64,000 nucleotides of DNA from an uncultured Actinomycetes bacterium (GTDB taxonomy: Bacteria; Actinomycetota; Thermoleophilia; RBG-16-64-13), in NCBI GenBank assembly GCA_963706025.1, contig CAVPLM010000008.1, forward strand, positions 64,001 to 128,000. The letters are read 5' to 3'. Each line of letters starts with the position of its first letter. Position 1 is the stretch's first letter. A model generated the notes under the pieces. The model made no database searches. It saw nothing but the letters and a program-made list of their open reading frames with translations, and was not told where the DNA came from. Shown piece after piece: positions 49,968 through 59,327 of the stretch. A program made the translations under genes and the position numbers.

Positions 49968-50659
49968 TGTCCGCCGAAATGAACAAGGCCACCAAGGTGG
50001 GGATCATCTCCTGCAGTGGCGAGGAGATCCCCGAAGGCACCATCTCGCGCAGTGCCGTCCGCCGGGTGCTCGAGTCCCTGCGTCCTCACGATGCTGTCAC
50101 TCTCTGCTTGCCGCTGTTCTTGGCCGGTAACGAAGGCGAGCGCAACTTCGCTCGGACCCACCCCACGATCACTATCGATGGGTGCGACAAGCAGTGCGCG
50201 CGGTGGGGCACTGAGAAACACGGCGGGCCCGTTGCGCGTGCGTTGGTGGTCTCGGAAATCTTGGGCACTGAGGCAGCAGGCTGTTCACGCTCCTTGCGCG
50301 GGCGTGGGCAGGCCGACGAGACGGCCGTTGCTGCTGTGGCCGACCGGATAGCGGCCGAGGTCGACGCGCTCATGAGCGAAGGCGTGAAACCGCAAATGGC
50401 AGAGGACCCAGAGGCGGACGTATGCGCCTGCATGAAGCCTGCGCCGACGGGATCCGTCTGCGTGCGCGGAAAGCAGGTGGAGATAAACGCTTTGCCCATG
50501 GTCTTCGCCAAGTTGGCTTCCGATGGGATGCGGGCAGAGGACTCGAACGCTTCGGCTCTTCTCGAGACGGTGAAGATGTTCCACTACATCGCTCCTGAAG
50601 AGGAGTCGGACTACCGGGATGCCCTCCTCGCGGCGTACCGAGCCTTCGTTGGAGGTTGA
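49967..50659 (+). CDS. DGC domain protein with C-terminal extension
   Basis: SCSG..CL..IDGCDKQCA; CAC linker. Confidence 0.85.
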   Translation: MSAEMNKATKVGIISCSGEEIPEGTISRSAVRRVLESLRPHDAVTLCLPLFLAGNEGERNFARTHPTITIDGCDKQCARWGTEKHGGPVARALVVSEILGTEAAGCSRSLRGRGQADETAVAAVADRIAAEVDALMSEGVKPQMAEDPEADVCACMKPAPTGSVCVRGKQVEINALPMVFAKLASDGMRAEDSNASALLETVKMFHYIAPEEESDYRDALLAAYRAFVGG

Positions 50660-50722
50660 TCCAGCAAACAACCGTTTGTACAGTTATAATTCGCCGAGTC
50701 GAGAGTTCGGGAGCTACGGAAT

Positions 50723-51097
50723 ATGGATACCCTGAGCGACACGTTCAAGGCGTTGTCCGACGAAACGCGCGTACAGATCATGACGCTTCTCTTGGAGCAT
50801 GACGAGCTATGTGTGTGCGACTTCGTCGGTGCGCTGGGCCAGACACAGTCGAAAGTGTCACGTCATCTCCGCTATCTCTACCACGCCGGGCTGGTGCGGG
50901 ACCGCCGAGAAGGGCTCTGGATGCACTACCGCGTCTCCCCCGATCTCAGGCCGGAGCAGGCGACCATCTTGGCTGCGCTTTCCGAGGCGGTCGGTGAAGA
51001 GCGAAAGAAGGAACTGCGTCAAGCGCTGGAACGGTGGTTCGCGCAGAAGGCATCGACTGGTGAGGCGGGAGGGCAAGAAGCGGCGTCCTGCTGTTAG
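50723..51097 (+). CDS. arsR: ArsR/SmtB family regulator
   Basis: FKALSDETR..ELCVCD..SRHLRYL; C-terminal CC. Confidence 0.92.
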   Translation: MDTLSDTFKALSDETRVQIMTLLLEHDELCVCDFVGALGQTQSKVSRHLRYLYHAGLVRDRREGLWMHYRVSPDLRPEQATILAALSEAVGEERKKELRQALERWFAQKASTGEAGGQEAASCC

Positions 51098-51132
51098 CGG
51101 GCCGCAATGCTGGACATGGAAGGTGGAGGGTC

Positions 51133-51390
51133 TTGATCGAGGTCAAGGTTTTCGGTAGCGAGCCGCCCTGCGTGAAGTGCAAGCAGGCGGAAGGGGAAGC
51201 CAGGAAGGCGGCGGAGAAGTTCCCTGGCCAGGTAACGGTGGCGAAGCATTCGGCCCTTTCCCCGGAAGGGCTGGGACTGGGGCTCATGATGACGCCCGCG
51301 GTGGTTGTCAACGGCAAAGTGATCTCCCAGGGCCGCGTCCCGCAAGAGAGCGAACTCGAACGTATCTTTCGATCAGAACTAGGAGGGTGA
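51133..51390 (+). CDS. Small thioredoxin-like redox disulfide protein
   Basis: PPCVKC, TPAVVVNGKV..GRVP. Confidence 0.88.
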   Translation: MIEVKVFGSEPPCVKCKQAEGEARKAAEKFPGQVTVAKHSALSPEGLGLGLMMTPAVVVNGKVISQGRVPQESELERIFRSELGG

Positions 51391-51391
51391 C

Positions 51392-51667
51392 GTGCCTGTG
51401 CTTATGGAAGTGTTCAGCGGAGATCCGCCCTGCCCCGGCTGCGTCGCCATCCTGGCGATGGGAGACCGGTACGCCCAGAAGTACCCGGCGGAGGAGCTGA
51501 CGGTCAAGAAGTACGTCGGTCGGGAGGCGCTCGAGAAGTACGAGGAATACAACCTCTCCTGCGTGCCGGCGGCCGTCATCAACGGCGTTATCAAGATAGA
51601 AGGAACGGCTCCAGATGAAGGCACAATGAACAACGCGCTCCGGGAGGGCGGGCTATGGATCCGATAA
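51392..51667 (+). CDS. Small thioredoxin-like protein
   Basis: PPCPGC, VPAAVING. Confidence 0.85.
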   Translation: MPVLMEVFSGDPPCPGCVAILAMGDRYAQKYPAEELTVKKYVGREALEKYEEYNLSCVPAAVINGVIKIEGTAPDEGTMNNALREGGLWIR

Positions 51668-51918
51668 AGGTGGAGGTCTTTCTTTCGGTGCCTGCTTGCT
51701 CCGGCGGCGTTGCGGTCCGGCGGTTGATCGATGATGTCGCCGCGGAGTACGGCGACCAGATGGATGTCGTCTATCACCAGGGCCGCGACGAGCGCTACGA
51801 GGAGCTGAAGCTGTCTTCCGCCCCGGCGATCATCGTCGGTGATCTGGTGCGTTTCATCGGATTATGCCCCACCAAGGAAGGCTTGATCGGTGCGCTGAGA
51901 GAAGCCGGGCTGGAGTAG
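51655..51918 (+). CDS. Small thioredoxin-like protein (CxxG)
   Basis: VEVFLSVPACSGG, APAIIVG, GLCP. Confidence 0.75.
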   Translation: MDPIKVEVFLSVPACSGGVAVRRLIDDVAAEYGDQMDVVYHQGRDERYEELKLSSAPAIIVGDLVRFIGLCPTKEGLIGALREAGLE

Positions 51919-52053
51919 TAGGTGGACGCCTAAGCGTCCTGCTGGCGGCCACAACGGGAGATCGGCTCGGGCAACTCGCGAAGTATCCGTGGAACCGCGA
52001 GCCGCCCGCGCGCGTTCAGCGCACCGCCTGCAAGGCCCCGCTAGAACACGCAC

Positions 52054-52290
52054 TCATGACTCTTTCCAAACGACTTCCACGCCCTCTGAATCCCCAACAG
52101 CTTGTTCGAGAATACGTATGAGTCCAGAACTAGCGCCGCGCTGCTCAAGAGTCTCTATGGTCATCGGAGTGATGTAGTAATCCGTGTCTTGCTCGTCTTC
52201 CTCCTCGAGCTGATCGATCAGCAGCTGCAGATCAGCCTCGTCGATCGTTCCGAGGAACGCACCGTCATCCTTCAACGATAAGGTAATCAT
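52054..52290 (-). CDS. Small acidic hypothetical protein
   Basis: LGTIDEADLQLLIDQLEEEDEQDTDYYI; GGA RBS. Confidence 0.65.
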   Translation of the reverse strand: MITLSLKDDGAFLGTIDEADLQLLIDQLEEEDEQDTDYYITPMTIETLEQRGASSGLIRILEQAVGDSEGVEVVWKES

Positions 52291-52538
52291 CAGGCGATCC
52301 TTCCATTCATGTGTTCGAGCACCCACTGTGCGATCTGTCTACCTCGATGAAGACGGTCACCCCAGTCTCGATAGCGCTGGTCGCGGTCTTCGTCGCCGAT
52401 CTTCCGCCTACCTCGCCGTTACCAGACCAGGCCGGACAATCGAGGGGATTATCCCAGGAGTTGGCCATAGGCGTGTTCGGCCCTCGTCTTGGGTAGAACG
52501 AAGTCATAATCAGAACAGCCGCCCTGGAGGGAGCACGA

Positions 52539-53183
52539 GTGATCATGACTACCCCAATCGACTCAGTCACCGCGATCCACAACGCCTTCCGACGCGACAT
52601 GGCAGACATCGACACAGCCGCGCTGGACACGGCGCGCGGCAGACCGGGGCTCGAAGCCACGATTGACCGCTTCCGCTTCTTCAACGAAGTGCTGGTGTGG
52701 CATGCCCACGGTGAAGAACTGGCTATCTTCCCTGCGTTGGAGGTTGTCGCTCCGTCCGTGGCCGAGGCGTACCTGAGAGACCATCGCGGTCTAGACGCCG
52801 CGTTCGACGCTCTGAACGACGCGGTCTCTGCCCGTGACCCGCTGGAGACAGCACGAGCCACAGCTGCCTTCAAGTTCCATCTAGACATTCACCTGGCCAA
52901 AGAAGATGCGCACGTCTACCGTCTCATAAGGGAACGCGTTTCCCTACCTGATCAGGGCAAGGCAGTCGGGGTCATGGCCAGCACAGTCCCCCAGGAGCGC
53001 TTCCCAGAGGTGGTCGCCTGGCTATTCCCTTTGATCGGCCACGACGACCGCGCGAACATGACCCGGGTATGGCAAATGCTCATGCCTCCGGAGACCTTTG
53101 CGGGAGTCAAGAAACTGGTGCAGAAGGCGGTCGGCGACGACTGGGCAGAGCTGACTCAGCGCATCCCTGAACTATCGCTTTGA
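52539..53183 (+). CDS. Hemerythrin-domain protein
   Basis: IHNAFRRD, HAHGEE..IFPAL, DH, HLAKED. Confidence 0.85.
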   Translation: MIMTTPIDSVTAIHNAFRRDMADIDTAALDTARGRPGLEATIDRFRFFNEVLVWHAHGEELAIFPALEVVAPSVAEAYLRDHRGLDAAFDALNDAVSARDPLETARATAAFKFHLDIHLAKEDAHVYRLIRERVSLPDQGKAVGVMASTVPQERFPEVVAWLFPLIGHDDRANMTRVWQMLMPPETFAGVKKLVQKAVGDDWAELTQRIPELSL

Positions 53184-53186
53184 GAA

Positions 53187-53207
53187 ACCGGGGGGTTCGA
53201 ATCCCCC
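53187..53207 (+). repeat. tRNA-Ser T-arm fragment
   Basis: ACCGGGGGGTTCGAATCCCCC directly after the hemerythrin stop codon. Confidence 0.75.
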
Positions 53208-53378
53208 GTCGAAACCGCGCTTTGGCGTCTTCGGTGCTGGACATATGATGAGCACATCCGGTTCATGAGTTGCAGTTGACGCTCGCAGTAGCGAGGCAGA
53301 CTGGGGAGACATCCTTGCAGCAACTGGACACAAAGTGCAGGAGGGAATGGACGTCGATCGCGTGGAAGCCGGGGCCGC

Positions 53379-55114
53379 CTAACGCCACATGGCGTTCCAC
53401 AAGATCTGAGCTACCTCCCCCCTAGTGGCCGTCGCCCATGCGTTCCAGCCCGTGCCGAACCCGGCAAGCCCGTCCGTCAGGTCGTTGTACTCGGCCTTTC
53501 TCATGGCCTCGGCGTGTTCGCCCGACAACCCACCGATGCTCGAACTGAAGCCGGCAGGGACCGCATCCAAGGAGCCTGGAGCCAGGCTGTCAAGTGCCCG
53601 AACAACCATCAAGAATGACGCCTATCCGGTAGATGCCGTCGTAGGGCTTGAACTTACCTTGTTGTCGCCTTTGATGATGCCGGCTGCGGAGGCGGCGGCA
53701 ACGAAGTCGTGAGGATAGATGTCATTCGCTACGTCAGTCCCCAGATCGGGAAAGGGTGCCGCGGAATCGAGCCAGGAGTCTTCGCTTACCTTGATGTCCA
53801 TGGCTCCACAGACCATCTTGGCGAACTGCATGCGCTTCACTACCTCAAGCGGGGCAAACACCCAGACGCCGGCTTGTTGGCGCCCGCTTACGATCCCCGC
53901 CTGGCTCATGCCGAGGATGGCGGCCTTGTATGGGCTGGAGGAGATATCGGCAAAAGCACCCACCGCTTGGACCTGGCCAAGACCGGACTGGGTGCAGCTC
54001 ACCTTCTGCCCGGGGCTCAACGTCACCTTACCTCCAGCATTTGCAGTGACCTCTACCTGCCCAGAGAAGAGAGCGATCTCGTCCTTGACGCCCGGGGCCA
54101 CGATCACCTGGAATTCGGTGCCCATCACCCCGGCGACCGACGTGGGAGTGACGACCTCGAATCGCGTCCCTTGCTTCTTCAGGTTGAGCCACACCTCGCC
54201 CTGCTGGAGCTGAAGGCCACCCGACAGCAACCTCACGATGCAGTCCCGGCCTTCATGCACGAAGAACGAGCCGTCCGGGAACACGATCTTGGTCCGAGTG
54301 CCGGCGAACGTTCTCGACCGAGATCATGTCGTCCACCGTTACCGCCTCGCCTGATGCGGCCTCAGTCCACGTGGTGCCTCCATCGTGCGAGACCCTTATC
54401 TTGCCCGGTGCCTCTGAACCCTCCAAGCACCGTGCCATGCTCGGGCACGATCCCGGTCAACGTGAACGTGACATGGCGCGCGTCTGAGCCCCAGCTCGGG
54501 CTGGCCTCTTGCCATCCGCCGCCCGGCGCCGGGGTGTAGTGAGTCACCGTCCAGGAGCCCTTGAAAAAGAGGCTAGCCGTCTTCGCATCCGCGCCCAAGG
54601 CCGCCTCTACCGTCCCGTTGTACGCGCCCACCTGGCGCTCGGTGCCAAACCAGGCTGAGTTGTAGACGATGTCGTATTCGTAGTAGTAGGTACCCTGGAG
54701 AAGACCCGTCGCGTCTTCGAAGGTCCCCGTCAGGGATAGCGCTGCGGTACCCGTGAGCGGCTTGCCACCATAGGTGAGCGAGATGGGCAGATTTGTCAGA
54801 CCGTTGGCCTCACCTGACTGGACCACTATCGATGTTGCCTTGAACAGCTCCTTCAGCGCCATGCCGCCCGGCGTGGTGTCGTCGTATGACTGAACCCCGT
54901 TGGTTAGCGTGAAGGCGGCCTGGCCGGTTGCGGCCGTAGCCAGCGAGGGCTCCCCGAAAAGGATGCCGACGCCCATGAGAGCCACTGCCACCGCGACCAA
55001 CAACGTGATCCTAGCGGCAGCGAGGCAAACCACGCCCGTGGATCGAAGACCGCGGGTTGTCTCGTCTCGCTCGCCCTCCACCGCCTGCCCGTTTGATCGA
55101 GCATGCGTCGTCAT
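53379..55114 (-). pseudogene. Secreted FecR- plus SLH-domain protein broken by several indels
   Basis: Signal peptide; FEVVTPTSVAGVMGTEF (FecR); KRMQFAKMV and ATRGEVAQILW (SLH) spread over at least 4 frames. Confidence 0.75.
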
Positions 55115-55224
55115 CCCTGCCTCCTCTCGCCGGACACTCCCGCCGTTCATTCTAGCGGCCCTTGGCGAGCATGGCCAGGGTGGGGCACGTCTCCTTGGCC
55201 GCCGAGCTTCTGGGCCTCGGCCTG

Positions 55225-55385
55225 AGCGCGCCGGGAATCCCGTAGGCAAACAGAGTAGAGACCAGTATCAACGCATCGGCTCCGGCCGGGTCTCGCAGCG
55301 TCTCCAATGGATGGCTTCCCTTCACCACGGCCGTGACAGAAATCGTCTTCTTGGCGTATTCGGCGTCGGGCAGCCGACTCTCGCG
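55225..55385 (-). pseudogene. Fragment paralogous to the flavodoxin-like gene at 26772-27389
   Basis: ESRLPDAEYAK..ADALILV..AYGIPGAL vs ESRLPDAEYAK..ADALILV..AYAIPGAL. Confidence 0.8.
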
Positions 55386-55470
55386 GCCGGTGTTAGTATG
55401 GACTTCGTCTCGGAGGACGGAACGGGGTCTCTTCACTCCCGTGCCTGCGTGAGCGAGGAGGTGCGCGTCC

Positions 55471-56457
55471 ATGAAAGCCTTAGTACTTGCGCCCTTTCAT
55501 GCCGACGCCCTTGCGCAACTCGCCTGTGACGGCGAGGTGGTCTACGAGCCATGGCTGGAGACCGGGCAGATCGCCGACCCGGTCGAGTTGGGAGTGCGCC
55601 TCGAGGAGGGCGGGTTCGACGTGCTCATCATCGAGGCCGACTTCGTCTTCGAGGAGACCTTCGCTGCCGCCCCCGGCCTACGCTTCGTGGGCGCCTGTCG
55701 GGGCGACATCGGCGAGCACGTCGACTTGGACGCCGCCTTGGCCCGGGGCCTGACCGTCGTCAATACACCGGGCCGCAACGCTGTCGCTGTGGCCGAACTC
55801 ACGATCGGGCTGATGTTGGGACTGGCCCGCCGCATTGCCGCGGCGCATGCCATGATCCGCGGCGGGCAGTGGGCGAGCGCGGTGGACAATCTGACGGCCT
55901 GGCAGGGGATCGAGCTTTCGGGCAAGACCGCGGGCTTGATCGGGTACGGTAGGGTCGGCCGTGAGGTGGCGCGGCGGCTGGCGGCCTTCGAGATGGAAGT
56001 GATCGCCTACGATCCGATCGCCTCACAGGCCGGGGATGGGACAAAGGGCGGAGCGTGCGCCTCGCTGGTGGGGCTGGAGGAGTTGCTGTCCCGGTCGGAT
56101 TTCGTCTCGATCCATGCCGCCGTAAACGCGGAGTCGCGTGGGCTGCTCGGAGCGCTCGAGTTGTCCTGGATGAAGCCGTCCGCCTATCTGATCAACACTG
56201 CGCGAGCGGCGATCGTGGACGAGGGCGCGTTGCTGGACGCGTTGCGCGCGGGCCGGATAGCGGGCGCCGGGCTGGACGTGTACCGGGTCGAGCCCCTGCC
56301 GCCTGATTCCCCGTGGTTGGCGCTCGACAACGTCCTGCTCACGCCGCATCTGGGCGGCGCCACCGGCGACGTGGTGCGTCGCCATTCGGAGATGATCTTG
56401 AGCGATCTACGGCGCTGGCGGCAGGGGCAGCGACCCGTCCATCTCGTGACGGGCTGA
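55471..56457 (+). CDS. D-isomer-specific 2-hydroxyacid dehydrogenase
   Basis: NTPGRNAVAVAE, GLIGYGRVG, LINTARA, GLDVYRVEP, TPHLGGAT. Confidence 0.92.
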   Translation: MKALVLAPFHADALAQLACDGEVVYEPWLETGQIADPVELGVRLEEGGFDVLIIEADFVFEETFAAAPGLRFVGACRGDIGEHVDLDAALARGLTVVNTPGRNAVAVAELTIGLMLGLARRIAAAHAMIRGGQWASAVDNLTAWQGIELSGKTAGLIGYGRVGREVARRLAAFEMEVIAYDPIASQAGDGTKGGACASLVGLEELLSRSDFVSIHAAVNAESRGLLGALELSWMKPSAYLINTARAAIVDEGALLDALRAGRIAGAGLDVYRVEPLPPDSPWLALDNVLLTPHLGGATGDVVRRHSEMILSDLRRWRQGQRPVHLVTG

Positions 56458-56491
56458 GCGGGACACGGAAAGGTAGGCCGGCAGAGGGCGC

Positions 56492-58084
56492 ATGGGAACG
56501 AGCGAGCCCGCTTTTCTGGCCCTTGACGGTGGAACGAGCGCCGGCCGGGCCGCGCTGTTCGACGTTAGCGGCCGTCTGCTCGCAGAGGCCGTTCGCCTCT
56601 GGAGCTACGAGACGCCGGACGACGCTGCGCCCTGGGGTCGCGAATTCGCTCCGGATCGTTTCTGGGCGGAGCTGTGCGACGCCGGCCGCGCCGTCTGCAA
56701 CGCCGAACAAGCGGGTGGGCCTTACCGGGTGGTCGCGATCGCGGCGACCGCGCAGCGCCAGGCGACCGTACTGCTCGACGCCTCGGGACATGAGCTCTAC
56801 GCGGGACCCAACATCGACCTGCGCGGCGCCTTCGAGGGGTTGCGCCTGCTGAACGAACGTGGTCCTCGCATACACGCCATCACCGGGCACCTCCCCCCGC
56901 TGATGTTCGCGGCGGCGCGGTGGCTCTGGTTCTGCAATCGCCGCCCCGAGGTGTGCGCCCAGGCGGCGCATCTCCTGATGATGCCGGACTGGTTGACCTG
57001 GCGGCTCTGCGGAGAAATGGCTACCGAACCGAGCAGCGCGGCCGAGTCCGGCCTGTTCGACGTCGTCCGGCGCGCATGGTCCGAGGAACAGGCCGAGGAT
57101 GCGGGGATCCCGCTGAGCATCTTGCCGCCCGTCCGCTCGGCAGGGGAGGTCGCCGGCCGGCTCCTGCCCGCCGCTGCCGAAGCACTCGGCCTGGCGCAGG
57201 GAACCCCGGTCGTCATCGGTGGCAGCGATACGGGGTGCGGCATGCTGGCGATGGACGCGATCCGTCCCGGCCAGGCCGGTCTGGTGGCCGGCTGGAGCGC
57301 GCCGACGCAACTCGTGACCGAGCGGCCTGTCTTCGATCCATCTTGCTCCCTGTGGACGAGTTGCAGCGCGGCGGGGGCACCCTGGGTGCTGGAGGGTAAT
57401 TCGGGGCCGGCGGGCTCCGCGCACCGGTGGGCGCGCGAACTGCTCTTGCCGGGCGCCGCCTACGAGGACTTCGACAGCCTGGCGAAGCAGGCCTCGCCGG
57501 GCTCGAGTGCCACACTCGCCCTTCTTGGGCCGCGCGTCGCCGACTACGCCGACCCGCAGCTCCTGTGGGGCGGCTTCCTCTTCCCCCAAGCCAACGACAT
57601 GCTGACCTGCGGCCGCGCGGAGTTCGCCCGTGCCGTCCTGGAGAACATCGCCTTCGCCGTCAAGGCGAACCTCCTTCGCGTCCAGTGCTGCGCGGCAGGC
57701 GCGGGGCAGGCGTCCCCAGGCGTGGAGCAAGCGCCCCCGGGCGCGGGGCAAGCGCCCCCACGCGCGGCGCAGGCGCCCCCAGGCGCTTTGAGGCTCGGCG
57801 GCGGACTGGCGGCCAGCGCCATGTTCAGCCAGATCCTGGCGGACGTCCTCGGAATGCCGGTCGAAGTGGCAGCGGTTTCGCCCGTCAGCGCGCAGGGGGC
57901 AGCCGTCTGCGCTGCCGCCGGCGCGGGTTTCTATGCTGATATCCTGGAGGCCGCCAATTGCATGCGGCAGGCGGGTGTAGAAAGGCTCCCCAGGCCGGCG
58001 GCACAGGCGGAGTATCTCGACGCCTACGAGCGCTGGGTCCAGACATACGAAGCGCTCCGGCAGCTCAGTCAGGCGCTGGGATAG
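56492..58084 (+). CDS. FGGY family carbohydrate kinase
   Basis: LALDGGTSAGRAALFD, TAQRQ, GGSDT, RAVLENIAF, GGG. Confidence 0.9.
   Translation: MGTSEPAFLALDGGTSAGRAALFDVSGRLLAEAVRLWSYETPDDAAPWGREFAPDRFWAELCDAGRAVCNAEQAGGPYRVVAIAATAQRQATVLLDASGHELYAGPNIDLRGAFEGLRLLNERGPRIHAITGHLPPLMFAAARWLWFCNRRPEVCAQAAHLLMMPDWLTWRLCGEMATEPSSAAESGLFDVVRRAWSEEQAEDAGIPLSILPPVRSAGEVAGRLLPAAAEALGLAQGTPVVIGGSDTGCGMLAMDAIRPGQAGLVAGWSAPTQLVTERPVFDPSCSLWTSCSAAGAPWVLEGNSGPAGSAHRWARELLLPGAAYEDFDSLAKQASPGSSATLALLGPRVADYADPQLLWGGFLFPQANDMLTCGRAEFARAVLENIAFAVKANLLRVQCCAAGAGQASPGVEQAPPGAGQAPPRAAQAPPGALRLGGGLAASAMFSQILADVLGMPVEVAAVSPVSAQGAAVCAAAGAGFYADILEAANCMRQAGVERLPRPAAQAEYLDAYERWVQTYEALRQLSQALG
57698..57781 (+). repeat. 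Four 21-bp in-frame tandem repeats within the FGGY kinase
   Basis: GGCGCGGGGCARGCGYCCCCR x4 (GAGQAPP). Confidence 0.8.
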
Positions 58085-58105
58085 AAGAGTAGCGAAGGGG
58101 GTGAG

Positions 58106-58750
58106 ATGGAATACGAGATCATACGGACCGAGGTACTAGGAACTGCCCAGGCGCTGGTCGGCCAAGGCCTCACGATAGGCGACAGCGGCAACGTGAGCGC
58201 GCGGGTACCGGACGAGAACCGTTTGCTGCTGGCGATCACTCCGCATGGTCGCTACTACGATCTCCTGACGCCGGAGGACGTCGTCGTGGTCGATGAGGAG
58301 GGCGAGCCGGTCGCCGGCGAGGACATCCCCTCGGCCGAGCTGCTGCTGCACGCCGAGGTCTACCGTGTCCGGCCCGATGTGAACGCCGTGATCCACGCAC
58401 ATCCACCATTGGCCAGCGCGGCCGCCGTCGTCGGCAGACCGATCCCACCGATCCTGGAGGACCAGATGATCTTCCTCGGTGGACAGATCGAGGTCGCCCG
58501 GCACGCCATGACGGGCAGCGAGGACCTGGTCGGCGCCGCCGTGGCAGCGCTGGGAGATCGCAACGCCTGCCTGCTGGCCAACCACGGCGCCTTGAGCGTC
58601 GGGCGCGACCCAAGAGCCGCCCTGTGCGCGTGCCAGTACCTCGAGAAGCTCTGTCAGGCCTTCCTCTTTGCGACCTGGTGCGGTGCGGTGAACGTCCTCT
58701 CGCCGGAGGTCGTTGCTGCCGAGACAGCTTTCTTCCGGATGCGACGCTAG
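58106..58750 (+). CDS. Class II aldolase/adducin family protein (FucA-like)
   Basis: SGNVSAR, PSAELLLH, AVIHAHP, LLANHG. Confidence 0.92.
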   Translation: MEYEIIRTEVLGTAQALVGQGLTIGDSGNVSARVPDENRLLLAITPHGRYYDLLTPEDVVVVDEEGEPVAGEDIPSAELLLHAEVYRVRPDVNAVIHAHPPLASAAAVVGRPIPPILEDQMIFLGGQIEVARHAMTGSEDLVGAAVAALGDRNACLLANHGALSVGRDPRAALCACQYLEKLCQAFLFATWCGAVNVLSPEVVAAETAFFRMRR

Positions 58751-58766
58751 CCCCTGGAGGTGCTTC

Positions 58767-59138
58767 ATGGTCACGGTCCCCGCCTTTCTTCTCAAACGGC
58801 TGTACGTCAAGGGCAGCCTCAAGCCTACCCCGGACGGCTTCGAGTTCCGGGTGGAGAACAAGCTCGGGTCGGGCTACGCGACCGAGATGCTGCCGGTCAC
58901 ACTGGACGGACAGCCCTTCCCGCTCGAGCAGAGCTACTTCCGCCCCGACGGTGAGGACGAAGTCCGCTTCAGCGAGGTCGGCTCGGACAAGCCCTTCACG
59001 CTGGAGGTAGGCAAGGGCCTGGCGATAGGCGTCCACGGGACGCCGCCGCCGATCGCCGGACCGCACAAGGTCGGATTGGGCTTCGTCGTCCAGGGCATCT
59101 CCGCACTCAGCTTCGAGGTCTCCGAAGTCGTCCAATAG
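58767..59138 (+). CDS. Conserved hypothetical protein
   Basis: VPAFLLKRLYVKGSLK..GFEF..NKLGSG; GGAGG RBS. Confidence 0.7.
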   Translation: MVTVPAFLLKRLYVKGSLKPTPDGFEFRVENKLGSGYATEMLPVTLDGQPFPLEQSYFRPDGEDEVRFSEVGSDKPFTLEVGKGLAIGVHGTPPPIAGPHKVGLGFVVQGISALSFEVSEVVQ

Positions 59139-59327
59139 CGGCCGCCGCCGACGCGGTCGCCGCGATGCGCGCACGCCGGCCGGGCAGGGAGACAAGGCGG
59201 GCTTCATCGATCCGGCCGGCGCCCGCGTGGGGCAACCGCATCGCGGTCCACGCTTGCGCGCAGTACAATAAGGGTGCGGCTGCTGGAGAGGGCGTTTCGC
59301 CAGAGCGCGAAGCAGGGGGAGGTCCAC

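Noticed and set aside
47949-51918. Selenoproteins among the Cys-rich redox genes
   Set aside because: I found no in-frame TGA at Cys-motif positions; the ORFs read complete with Cys.
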